This document shows positions 9,086 through 17,826 of a stretch of 64,000 bases of DNA, in pieces; position 1 is the stretch's first letter; each line of letters opens with the position of its first letter. The notes beneath the pieces were generated by a model. That model ran no database searches. It was not told where the DNA came from and was given only the letters and a program-made list of their open reading frames with translations. Source of the DNA: an uncultured Pseudomonadota bacterium (GTDB lineage Bacteria > Myxococcota_A > Polyangia > Nannocystales > Nannocystaceae); assembly GCA_913061055.1 (NCBI GenBank), contig CAJXVA010000004.1:505-64504 (forward strand). The letters run 5' to 3'. The position numbers and the translations under genes are program-made.

Positions 9086-10585
9086 CTACTTGTAGGTCCA
9101 GGCTTTGAACTCGCTGACCGAGTGCACCAGGCCATAGTCGCGGGCCTTGTGCACCAGCCCGCGGACGTCGCTCTTGAAGTCGGCGCGACGGTCGAACTCG
9201 GCCGGAATACCGCCGGCGTCAGCGATGAGCCCCAGCTCCGGCTGGGTGTCGACGGGGAGCAGCTTCTCGATGAGGCGGTCCTCGTCGATCTCCACCTCAG
9301 GCAGCGTGATCGCGGCCTGCGGGTTGTTCACGTAGTCGGGGTTGATCGCGCTCGACAAGTCGGCCGTGACGTCGACACGCTGGTTGAGCGACTCGAGGCC
9401 GAAGCGACGCTGCGCAGTGGAGAGGATCGAGCAGTGCTCGAACAGGTTGTTGTTGACGCAACCCGAGCGAACGTGCGGCCCGATGACCAAGCTTGGCACG
9501 CGGAAGCCAAGCTGCTGGAACTCGCCGCGCTGGTCGATGGTCGTCGGCGGAGCCACGTGGTCGTAGAAACCACCGCTCTCGTCGTACGTGATGATGAACA
9601 TCGTCTTGTTCCACTGCGGGCTCTCGGCGAGCGCGCGGTAGATCGTGGCGACGAGCAGCTGCCCCAAGTTGACGTTGGGACCCATCTCCGGGTGGTCGCT
9701 GTCTCCACCGAACTCGCGGGGGTGGTCCGAGCTCGAGCTGAAGAAGCCCGGGTCGAGGATCGAGAAGGCGGGGAGGCGACCGCGCTCGGCGTCCTCAAAG
9801 AACGAGGACAGACGCGAGAACCCGCGGAGCTTGCCCATCGCGGCAGCGGCCCACGGCAGGTCGGTGAAGTAGTTGGTGCCCTCGATGTCCGCGTCGCGAA
9901 GACGGCCCCAGATCGAGTCCATGAAGAACTTGGGGTGGTTGGTCTTGCGGCCCCCGGACTGACCGGCGTGCATGAAGAAGCGGTTGGGCCACGTGGGCCC
10001 CATCACCGAGCAGTGCCACTGGTCGCACAACGTGTAGTTGTCGGCCAGCGCGTACATGATCTCCATGTCGCGACGCTGAAGGAAGCCCATCACCTCGGGG
10101 CCTGCGGTCAGCGTCTCGTGCTTGTTCGCCTCGTGGTGTGCCTTGACGAAGCCGTCGTTCACACCGTCGTTGAACGCATCGTGCATGGGCTCCCACTTGT
10201 GTGGGAGGTGGTGAAGCTTCTGAAACGGGTCGAGCTCGAAGATGTCAGCGGTGCCGCCATCGTGGGTCGGGTTGGACTCGTTGCCGAGCAGTCCGTCCAC
10301 ATCATCGCGACCTTCCATCAGGCTCAGGGAGCCATACATGTGGTCGAATGACCGGTTCTCCATCATGAGCACCACGATGTTCTCGACCGGTGCGAGCAAC
10401 TCGTCGGCCGACATCGCGGGCCCACCGATGCACTCCGCGTGGCGAAGCATCGGGTCGAGGCCCGGGCCACCGCCTTCGTTGCAGCCGAGGCCCGCCGCAG
10501 CAAGGGAGCCCATGCCCAGAGCGCCTGATCCACGCAGGATTGCGCGCCGAGTGAGTTCAAACTTCCGTCGTTCTTCGTCGTTCAT
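9086..10585 (-). CDS. phosphoesterase family protein (phospholipase C / AcpA-like acid phosphatase), Tat-exported lipoprotein
   Basis: Twin-arginine TRRAILRGSG followed by an AGLGC lipobox. VVLMMENRSFDHMYG signature of the phosphoesterase (PLC/AcpA) family. Confidence 0.8.
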   Translation of the reverse strand: MNDEERRKFELTRRAILRGSGALGMGSLAAAGLGCNEGGGPGLDPMLRHAECIGGPAMSADELLAPVENIVVLMMENRSFDHMYGSLSLMEGRDDVDGLLGNESNPTHDGGTADIFELDPFQKLHHLPHKWEPMHDAFNDGVNDGFVKAHHEANKHETLTAGPEVMGFLQRRDMEIMYALADNYTLCDQWHCSVMGPTWPNRFFMHAGQSGGRKTNHPKFFMDSIWGRLRDADIEGTNYFTDLPWAAAAMGKLRGFSRLSSFFEDAERGRLPAFSILDPGFFSSSSDHPREFGGDSDHPEMGPNVNLGQLLVATIYRALAESPQWNKTMFIITYDESGGFYDHVAPPTTIDQRGEFQQLGFRVPSLVIGPHVRSGCVNNNLFEHCSILSTAQRRFGLESLNQRVDVTADLSSAINPDYVNNPQAAITLPEVEIDEDRLIEKLLPVDTQPELGLIADAGGIPAEFDRRADFKSDVRGLVHKARDYGLVHSVSEFKAWTYK

Positions 10586-10599
10586 CGTGATCCCCCCAC

Positions 10600-11469
10600 T
10601 CAGGCTTCGCAGCCAGTCAGCTCTTGTCCGGTGATTTCTTTTTCGTAGCAGTCGTCCGAAGCAGGAACGTCAACATCCCCCGCATCGACGCAGCACATGC
10701 CCTTGGCGAAGTATCCGTCCGGCGTCCGGCAGATGCCGTTCGCATCCACAGCCGCCCCGGAGCACTCCTCTTCGACCGGGATGACGCACTCCAGCGGAAC
10801 GTCCTCTTCCCCGCCTTCGATGATGTCGAAGCACGTGTCCATGCAGCAAGCCGCGGGGGCAAACTGGCCCGCGAAGTCGCCCTCTTGGGCACGGCAGTGT
10901 CGCCAGCCAGCAGCGTTGGGCTCTGCGTCGAACTGGGCACCACCGCAACGGGCGTTGTCGTTCATCATGCAGCAGACGTGCGGGTGGAACTGGCCGGCGG
11001 AGTTGCGGCATGAGCTCTGCGTGTCGGGGTCGTCCCAACCGGCGGCCGGGTCGCACAGCAGCTCGCAGCACATCGTCGGTACAAACAGCTCCCCGGACAC
11101 CACTTCGCCCGAGTCGGGTTGGTCCTGGACACATCGTTTCTCAGAGCCGGAAGCGCTGTTGAACTTGGCCTGCATCGGGCAGCCCGTGATGAACTCGAAC
11201 TGCCGAATCTCGTCGATGCAGCACGCGGTCTGCACGAAGCCAGTCGCACCACGACACCGCATCTGGACGTGGCTGTTGTTCTCAAACAACGCCAGTTACC
11301 GCTCGTCGCCCGCCTCGAGTGAACAGTCTTCGGGGTCGAGATCGTCGACGTCGTCGGCCTTGCCGCTGTCGTCGCCAACGCTATCCGCGTCGGCCTCCCC
11401 GCCTCCATCTCCACCGCAAGCCGCAACCGCAGCTCCCAGCACCAAACATACAGTCCATCGGCGCAACAT
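10600..11469 (-). pseudogene. Cys-rich repeat lipoprotein interrupted by one in-frame TAA (11296-11298)
   Basis: ORF 11296..11496 (ATG at 11467-11469, MLRRWTVCLVLGAAVAAC lipobox) and ORF 10600..11289 (TTG start, no signal peptide, 23 Cys in 229 aa) are in the same frame. They are separated only by TAA-CTG-GCG. Confidence 0.55.
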
Positions 11470-11580
11470 CTTGTTCTCCCCCGCAAGCAGCATCATCGCG
11501 GATGGCCCGGGTACGCGAATATCCTACATGGATCATTCGATTTCTTGCGGGTTCTCCGCCATCGCCCTAAGACACTAGAA

Positions 11581-12753
11581 TTAGAATATTTCTCCGCTTC
11601 GCGGTGCCGAGGGGCGACGTCGGAGCGAGAGCAACAGGATGAGAAACAGCGCGGTTCCCACGCGGCCTCCTGGACCGGTCGTGCACCCGCATCCGTCGGC
11701 CGAGTCCGCCGCGCCGCCTGCCGAATCGGTGTCTGTCTCGGCGGTCGATCCTCCGGTGACTTCGGATCCCTCGGAGGTCGCAGGCTCCATCGAGGTGCTC
11801 TCACCCTCCGAATCACCCGCGGAACCGGAGGTACCGCCTTCGTCGGCCCCGGATTCATCACCCCCGGAGGATGCCTCGCCGGTGCTCCCTTCCGGCATGT
11901 CCACAGGAGGCATGTCGAACACGACCGGCAGAGGGTCGAAGTCTATGGCGTCGGTTCGATCGTCGAGCAACGGAATCCGGAGCTCGAAGGGTACGAGCTG
12001 AAAGTCCTGGAACCCGATCTCCAACTCCACCCCCGGATACAGGATGAGCTCGATGTCGGACAGAAGCGTGCAGTGCAGACTCGCCAACAGCTCCACCACT
12101 TCCGCATCACGGCCGGCTGCGTTGAGAGCCTCGAACTCGGCCAGAATCGATCCGGCGGGCGCACCGTCTGCATCCGTGATGTCGATCCGCTCGCAAGTCA
12201 GCTCCATGTCGATGTCGAAGCTGGCGTCCACGAAAAAGTTACCGCTGGCGATGATCGCATCGACGATCGCGTAGTTGAACACCTCGATCGGGGTCGTCTC
12301 ATCGTCGACCAAGAGCGGTCGGTCATCGTTGCCGGGCAGCAGATAGGGCGTGTAGCTGGCCTCCTGAAAAATCCCGAGGTCGTACGGGCCGATGAACGAC
12401 GACTCGAACTGCTGACCGAGAAGATCGAACCGGAAACGAGCGTCCAACAACACGCCGATGTCGACGTCGAACACTCCGGCGTCCTCATCACCGACGAAGT
12501 GCACCTCGCCGGTGTCCCAGTCAAAGACCGCATCACCTGGCATTTCGATGAGGATGTTGTCGTCGGCGTGGGTCAGGAACCGCACCTGAATGTTGCCGCT
12601 AGGGGGCTGCCACCCGGTGTCCACGTCGATGCCCTGCAGGCCGAGTAACTCGAGCTCTCGGACTGGCTCAAAACGGTCGACCTCGAGCGTCTCCGCCGAG
12701 GCGAGCGTAGGGGCCAAGAGGACGACTCCGACGAGGATCCAGGCGGCGCGCAT
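11581..12753 (-). CDS. secreted protein with MYXO-CTERM sorting tail
   Basis: Sec signal MRAAWILVGVVLLAPTLASA. Acidic Ser/Gly-rich spacer. C-terminal GCGCTTGPGG-hydrophobic-LRRR tail matches MYXO-CTERM. Confidence 0.8.
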   Translation of the reverse strand: MRAAWILVGVVLLAPTLASAETLEVDRFEPVRELELLGLQGIDVDTGWQPPSGNIQVRFLTHADDNILIEMPGDAVFDWDTGEVHFVGDEDAGVFDVDIGVLLDARFRFDLLGQQFESSFIGPYDLGIFQEASYTPYLLPGNDDRPLLVDDETTPIEVFNYAIVDAIIASGNFFVDASFDIDMELTCERIDITDADGAPAGSILAEFEALNAAGRDAEVVELLASLHCTLLSDIELILYPGVELEIGFQDFQLVPFELRIPLLDDRTDAIDFDPLPVVFDMPPVDMPEGSTGEASSGGDESGADEGGTSGSAGDSEGESTSMEPATSEGSEVTGGSTAETDTDSAGGAADSADGCGCTTGPGGRVGTALFLILLLSLRRRPSAPRSGEIF

Positions 12754-12811
12754 CAGCCCACAACTGTATCACTGCGCCCGTCCGGCAGCGCCCACACCCA
12801 ACCAAGCAACA

Positions 12812-12841
12812 GGGCGCCCCCCGGAAGTCCGGAGTGCGCCC
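12812..12841 (-). terminator. putative intrinsic terminator after the OmpA-like gene
   Basis: GGGCGC...GCGCCC outer stem with an inner CCGG-AAGT-CCGG hairpin, about 20 nt after the stop. The downstream minus-strand sequence is T/G-rich but has no clean U-run. Confidence 0.35.
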
Positions 12842-12861
12842 TCGTTGCGGTCCGTCGATCC

Positions 12862-14247
12862 CTACTTCTGCTGGATCTTGAACTCGATGCGACGGTTCTT
12901 GCTGCGCCCAGCTTTGTTGTCGTTGGTGTCGATCGGCTGGTCGGGGCCGTAGCCCTGGACCGTGATCCGGGACTCGTCGATGCCCTTGCCGACCAGGTAG
13001 TTGCGCACCGACTCGGCACGACGCTTGGACAGGTCCATGTTGTACGCGTGCTTGCCGACGTTGTCGGTGTGCCCGGAGATCTCGATCTTGATCTCTTGGA
13101 ACTTTGTGAGCACATCGGCGGCCTGGTTCAGCTTGGGCCGTGACTTGGGCTTGATCGTGTCCTTGTTGGTGTCGAAGTAGATCCCCTCGATGACACCGGC
13201 GAAGGCCTTGACCTCTTCGGGCAGCTCGTCGGGGCAGCCATCCTCGTCCTGGTAGCCGTTCTTGGTCTCCGGGTCGTCCGGGCACTTGTCGACGTCGTTG
13301 AGGATGCCGTCCTTGTCGCGATCGTTGTCCGGGCAGCCATCGGGCGCAATGCCGGGAACGGTCGGACACTTGTCGTCCGGATCGAGGAAGCCGTCACCGT
13401 CCGTGTCGGGGATCGGGCAGCCTTCGTACTCGGGAACACCGGGTGTCTCGACGCACTTGTCGTCCGGATCCATGATGCCGTCGCCGTCGGTATCGATCGG
13501 CCCCGTCTCTGGCGGCGGCGCGGTCTTCTTGCGACCCAGCGTGAGCGACAGCCCCAGCAAGGCTTCGAAGTTGTGGTTCTCCCCTTCGCTGACGCCGCGG
13601 CGGGAGCCGATGACGTCGCGAAGATCGAGACGCATCGCCACCCAACGGTTGAAGTAGATCTTCACACCACCGCCGAGGTGAACGGCCGCATCGATGTCGT
13701 TGCCCACGGCGCCGTCACCACTGCTCACGCCGAGACCCCCAGCACCTGCGAGCAAGAACGGGGTCACGCTCCAGCGCGGGATCTGGGCGAGGACGTGCCC
13801 GCGGATCGTGTAGAGCGTTGCCGCCTGGTCGTCGTTGGTCGAGGCAAACATGCCACCGCCCTCGAGTTCGACTCCGAGGAAGCGAAGCGGGTAGTAGCCG
13901 ACACGTCCACCGAGTTCGGGGGCGAGCGGCTTGAACTTCTTGAAGCCCAGGTCGGGTGCGGCTGCATCGAAGGCGAACAGCTCGTGGTTGGCACCGGGGA
14001 GGAACAAGCCTCCATAGATGCCGAGCTCCCACATGTTTCGCTCGGGCTTCCAGCGATCGATCCACCGAAGCTCGGCGCGGTCACCCGACGCGTCGCCTGC
14101 ATCGGCATCGGCATTGGCACCGTCTTCGGAGGAGAGGCCCACCGAGGCGGAACCGCCGTCTTCGTCCGGAGCAGCTTGAGCCTCTGGAGCCGCGAGGAAG
14201 GTGACGACAGGCGTCAAAAGTGCAAAAATGCGCGCGAACGGTGCCAT
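12862..14247 (-). CDS. OmpA-family outer membrane protein with TSP3 repeats
   Basis: ATG at 14245-14247 gives the MAPFARIFALLTPVVTFLAAPEAQA signal. N-terminal beta-barrel-like region, a DTDGDG / DRDKDG TSP3 block, and a C-terminal OmpA domain (GHTDNVG...YNMDLSKRRAESV). Confidence 0.85.
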   Translation of the reverse strand: MAPFARIFALLTPVVTFLAAPEAQAAPDEDGGSASVGLSSEDGANADADAGDASGDRAELRWIDRWKPERNMWELGIYGGLFLPGANHELFAFDAAAPDLGFKKFKPLAPELGGRVGYYPLRFLGVELEGGGMFASTNDDQAATLYTIRGHVLAQIPRWSVTPFLLAGAGGLGVSSGDGAVGNDIDAAVHLGGGVKIYFNRWVAMRLDLRDVIGSRRGVSEGENHNFEALLGLSLTLGRKKTAPPPETGPIDTDGDGIMDPDDKCVETPGVPEYEGCPIPDTDGDGFLDPDDKCPTVPGIAPDGCPDNDRDKDGILNDVDKCPDDPETKNGYQDEDGCPDELPEEVKAFAGVIEGIYFDTNKDTIKPKSRPKLNQAADVLTKFQEIKIEISGHTDNVGKHAYNMDLSKRRAESVRNYLVGKGIDESRITVQGYGPDQPIDTNDNKAGRSKNRRIEFKIQQK

Positions 14248-14506
14248 AGCGGGTTCTGATCGGCCTGTAGGCACTTTCCGTACCAACGCAGGATCGCCGT
14301 CAATCGGGGGCCGAGAGGCAGACACGTGGGGCCATGTGGGACGAGACATTGTGCCCCGGCGGGTCAAAATGACCCGGCCGGCGGGCCCCAGCATGCGCGG
14401 TCCTACTGGGGTCTACGAACCTCAGTGCGGCTAAGCGTTTGAAAAGGCGGGTTTCGATCGGCCGCAGATCGATCGTGGCACTCGGGCTGCACAGGCGGCG
14501 AGGACC

Positions 14507-16105
14507 ATGCGTCAGGCATACATCTCCCTACTTCTGACGTCGTGTTCTCTCCTTGCGGCGGGCTGCGCGGATCCTTGCGCGGACGACGGATTGCTTCAGG
14601 ACACCTCCAACGAGGGCTGCGCGGCCGATGCCAACGCGTCTCTCGGCGAGTCCGATACCGACGCCACGGCGACGGAGAGCGACACGCTCGAGACCGACAG
14701 CAACAGCGACACGATGGAGTCGGAGTCCGACTCCAACGACACAGACGCCGGCGAAGAGTGGTGCACCGACGATGACGGCGACAGCTTCGGAGACCCCGAC
14801 GACTGCGTGACCGTCCCCGACGGCGAAGATCCTCCCGACGGCACCGTCCCCAACCCCGACGACTGCGCACCGGACAACCCGTTCGCGTTCCCGGGTGCTG
14901 CGGAGAACGAAGACCCTCCCGGCGACGAAGCCTGCATGGAGGACGAAGACGAGGATGGCTACGGCGATGGCGATCCTCCAGACGGCGTCGACCCGGGCAC
15001 CGACTGCGACGACAGCAACGATCAGACCTTCCCCGGCGCCTCCGAGAACGAAGAGCCTCCGCTCAACGAAGCCTGCACGCAGGACGAGGACGAGGACGGC
15101 TATGGCGACAACGATCCTCCAGATGGTGGCACCGGCATCACCCCCGGCACCGACTGTGACGACACCACGCCCAACGTCACCGACGAGTGCCTGAGCGTCG
15201 ACGCTGGCACCTGCGTCACCTACGAGTCCCCCACCGCAGCCGAGCTCACCGCGATGGCATCGGGCGGCACCGGCGAGTACATGTACACATGGTCCCCGGG
15301 GGCAACGCTCGACACCGCCGTGGGTGCGACCGTCAACGCCACGCCGACCAACTACGAGACGTACACCGTCACCGTCGACGACGGTGTCGACCAGGCCGAA
15401 GATTCGGTCACCGTGGTCTCCGCGGACGTCTTCGGCCTCGAGAGCGCCTGCGAGCTCGTCCAGCTCGACGTGCTCGATGGCGACATCGGCATGCCGGCCT
15501 CCATCACCTACCAGCAAGGTGGCGCGCAGGCCTGCGAGGATCTCAACAACGACGCCGGCCTTCACCTGTGTGATGTCGAGTTCGAGGACACCGCCTTCGA
15601 AGGCATCCTTCGGGTCGACAACCTCAGCCCCGACATCAACGGCGGCGACAACGACGTCGTCGGCTTCGTGTGGGGTGCTCAGAACGCTTCGAACTTCTAC
15701 AGCTTCGTTTGGAAGGCCGAGGACCAAGCCGAAAACCTCGGCGTCGACGTCTGCCCCAACGCGCCCAACTTCCTGTGGCCCGGTGGCATGCTGGTCAAGA
15801 AGGTTCAGGCTCCCTCCGTTGGTGCCCTGACCTCCGAGGACATCTTCTGCGACATCGACACCCCGAACTCCGAGGTGCTGCTCTCGCCCGCCGAAGCAGC
15901 ACTGGAAGGGTGGGAGTTCGCGGTCGACTACGACGTGAGCCTGGAGTTCACCTCGATGGGCTCCAACATCACCGTCGCAGGTCCCAGCGGTCAAATCGCC
16001 GACATGGCGATCAACGACAACACCTTCCAAAACGGACGCTTCGGCACGCTGACCTTCTCGCAGTCGGGTGCTTGCTCCGGCCCCTGGAACGCAACCTGCC
16101 TGTAG
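14507..16105 (+). CDS. lipoprotein with MopE-like putative metal-binding repeats and a C-terminal lectin/LamG-like domain
   Basis: LLAAGC lipobox. Repeated DCDDxxxxxFPGAxENE...DEDEDGYGD units. Large Cys-poor beta-rich C-terminal domain. Confidence 0.7.
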   Translation: MRQAYISLLLTSCSLLAAGCADPCADDGLLQDTSNEGCAADANASLGESDTDATATESDTLETDSNSDTMESESDSNDTDAGEEWCTDDDGDSFGDPDDCVTVPDGEDPPDGTVPNPDDCAPDNPFAFPGAAENEDPPGDEACMEDEDEDGYGDGDPPDGVDPGTDCDDSNDQTFPGASENEEPPLNEACTQDEDEDGYGDNDPPDGGTGITPGTDCDDTTPNVTDECLSVDAGTCVTYESPTAAELTAMASGGTGEYMYTWSPGATLDTAVGATVNATPTNYETYTVTVDDGVDQAEDSVTVVSADVFGLESACELVQLDVLDGDIGMPASITYQQGGAQACEDLNNDAGLHLCDVEFEDTAFEGILRVDNLSPDINGGDNDVVGFVWGAQNASNFYSFVWKAEDQAENLGVDVCPNAPNFLWPGGMLVKKVQAPSVGALTSEDIFCDIDTPNSEVLLSPAEAALEGWEFAVDYDVSLEFTSMGSNITVAGPSGQIADMAINDNTFQNGRFGTLTFSQSGACSGPWNATCL

Positions 16106-16128
16106 AGCTCGGTTGACCACGACGAAGC

Positions 16129-16158
16129 GGGGCGCCCCACTTGGGACGTCCCGTTTTT
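16129..16158 (+). terminator. putative intrinsic terminator
   Basis: GGGGCG(16129-34) pairs with CGTCCC(16147-52), including one G-U. Inner CCC/GGG stem with loop ACTT, then G plus TTTTT (16154-58). Lies 24 nt after the stop of the 14507..16105 gene. Confidence 0.5.
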
Positions 16159-16224
16159 CGTTGGTTCATGTCGCTCCACGTTCGAAGTCCCCCGCCGTGC
16201 GGCAGCGCGCCGTACCATGGCGCC

Positions 16225-16854
16225 ATGAGCGGCGAACTCTCAGTGGTCACGGACGCGGCGGAGCTCCGCTCGATCCTCGGCAAGCCCACCGAGCGCGCAG
16301 CGTCCAAGGAGCGCCACGCGTTGCATGAGATGGACCGACGGTGGATCAGAGCCTCCCCGTTCGTTCTCGTAGCGACTGCAAACGGTCTGGGCGAATGCGA
16401 GGTGTCCCCCAAAGGTGACCCGCCGGGTTTCGTACACGTCGTCGACGACACCACGCTGGCGATCCCCGAACGCCCGGGAAACAAACGCGCCGACGGTTTC
16501 CACAACGTTCTGTCCAACCCAAACGTGGGTCTGTTGTTCATGGTCCCCGGCCGCACCGACACCCTGCGGATCTCAGGACGCGCTCGCATCGTCTCCGACG
16601 CGCCTTACTTCGACGCGATGGTGACCAAGAGCCACCGACCGCGACTCGCCCTCCACGTCGACATCAAGCACCTCTTCTACCACTGCGCCAAGGCGTTCAT
16701 GCGCTCGTCGCTGTGGGACCCGAGCGCTTGGGCTCCGGAGGCACTACCCTCGCGCGCCAAGATCGTGCGCTCCATCGAGAACCCAGACAAGACCCTCGAA
16801 GAGCTCGAGGAGTACTACGGGGAGGCCTACGCGAGAAAGCTCTACACCGAGTAG
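16225..16854 (+). CDS. PPOX-class (pyridoxamine 5-phosphate oxidase-like) FMN flavoprotein
   Basis: ATG at 16225. Motifs ASPFVLVATANGLGECEVSPKGDPPGF, PERPGNKRADGF, RISGRARI and HCAKAFMRSSLW are typical of the MSMEG_1061-like PPOX family. Confidence 0.75.
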   Translation: MSGELSVVTDAAELRSILGKPTERAASKERHALHEMDRRWIRASPFVLVATANGLGECEVSPKGDPPGFVHVVDDTTLAIPERPGNKRADGFHNVLSNPNVGLLFMVPGRTDTLRISGRARIVSDAPYFDAMVTKSHRPRLALHVDIKHLFYHCAKAFMRSSLWDPSAWAPEALPSRAKIVRSIENPDKTLEELEEYYGEAYARKLYTE

Positions 16855-16884
16855 GGACCGACTGCTCGCAAGGTAGGGGTGCGA

Positions 16885-17631
16885 TCACCAGGGGATCTTG
16901 CTTCCATCCCAGGCGAAGAACGACCCGTTGTCCTCGGGGGTTGCTCTTTCGATGATCTCCAGCAGCTGACGCGCGGCCCGCTCGACTGAGAACAGTTTGT
17001 GCTCGGGCACGCCGCGCTGAAACGGCTTCGACAACCCGGTGTCGACCGTACCCGGGTGCAGCGCCAGCACGATGAGCTGGCCGAAGCGACGCGTCAGCTC
17101 GATCGACAGGTTCTTGGTGAACATGTTCTGCGCAGCCTTGGACGCCCGGTAGCCGTACCAACCGCCGAGCTGGTCGTCCTCGATGCTGCCCACCCGGGCC
17201 GAGAGGCTCGCCAGCACCGAGCGCTCGTCGTGCTGCAGCATGCGGGCGAAATGTTTGGCCACCAGGAGCGGCCCGATCGCGTTGACGGCGTAGGTCCGCT
17301 GCAGCCACGCCGGGTCGATGTCTTGCACCCGGCGCTCTGGGCCCTTGTCTCCGTCGTGCAGTAGCCCGGCGACGTTGATGACCAGGCCCAGCTTCGGAGA
17401 ACGCTCGGCGACCAGAGCTGCCGCCGCCTGCACCGTCGCCTCGTCCTCGACGTCAACTGCGACCAGCTCGAGCCGTCCACCGTGCGCTTGTTTCAACGCG
17501 TCGAGGACCTCCGAGTCCCGAGGGGTTCGGCTGGCCGCAAACACCCGGTGTCCGCGCTCAAGCAGCAGCCGCGTCAGACCAGCGCCGATTCCTCGGCTGG
17601 CTCCTTGAACGAAGGCGGGCATCCGCTCCAT
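16885..17631 (-). CDS. short-chain dehydrogenase/reductase, C-factor (CsgA)-like
   Basis: GASRGIG cofactor loop and YRASKAA catalytic motif. C-terminal GSFFAWDGSKIPW closely resembles the CsgA tail GRFFDYQGTEVPW. Confidence 0.85.
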   Translation of the reverse strand: MERMPAFVQGASRGIGAGLTRLLLERGHRVFAASRTPRDSEVLDALKQAHGGRLELVAVDVEDEATVQAAAALVAERSPKLGLVINVAGLLHDGDKGPERRVQDIDPAWLQRTYAVNAIGPLLVAKHFARMLQHDERSVLASLSARVGSIEDDQLGGWYGYRASKAAQNMFTKNLSIELTRRFGQLIVLALHPGTVDTGLSKPFQRGVPEHKLFSVERAARQLLEIIERATPEDNGSFFAWDGSKIPW

Positions 17632-17760
17632 GGCCGAGGGCCTAGCAGGCGCGACCGAATCAGCACGTCGTCACGCGGAGAAGCGATACGCAGGCTGTCG
17701 TCGCGCTGTGCCACGAGGGCAAGGGTGCGCTCGGTGAGGAGATGGGGAGGTGGGCCCTTC

Positions 17761-17784
17761 GGGACGTCCCGCTTGTCGTTGGTT
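17761..17784 (+). repeat. second copy of palindrome-containing element GGGACGTCCCG-YTT-KTCGTTGGTT
   Basis: 22 of 24 identical to 16143..16166, in the same orientation. Both copies are intergenic. Preceded by a CCC-TTCG-GGG mini-hairpin, as in copy A. Confidence 0.6.
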
Positions 17785-17826
17785 GGTGGACGGAACCTCT
17801 CTTCGCTGGGGAGTGTCAGTGCCCCT

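Noticed and set aside
11575-11586. Direct TAGAAT-TAGAAT that looks like tandem -10 boxes.
   Set aside because: It overlaps the stop codon and last codons of the MYXO-CTERM gene (…GEIF-TAA on the minus strand), and there is no matching -35 element.
14528-16120. 530-aa ORF antisense to the MopE-like lipoprotein gene. Similar long antisense or out-of-frame ORFs include 1822..2955, 9122..10351, 11545..12648, 21228..22259, 23279..24208, 42063..43466, 43671..45080, 53304..54746, 55313..56095, 60013..61014 and 62056..63207.
   Set aside because: High GC removes stop codons in all frames. These translations are Arg/Gly/Pro/Val-rich low-complexity with no motifs. In every case the opposite or alternative frame carries clear family signatures and a better G/C third-position bias.
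16129-17784. Calling the PPOX/SDR segment a mobile element because it is bracketed by direct repeats.
   Set aside because: There is no transposase, integrase, tRNA or inverted terminal repeats. Only one short imperfect repeat pair supports it. It is kept as a hypothesis in the findings, not as a mobile_element feature.
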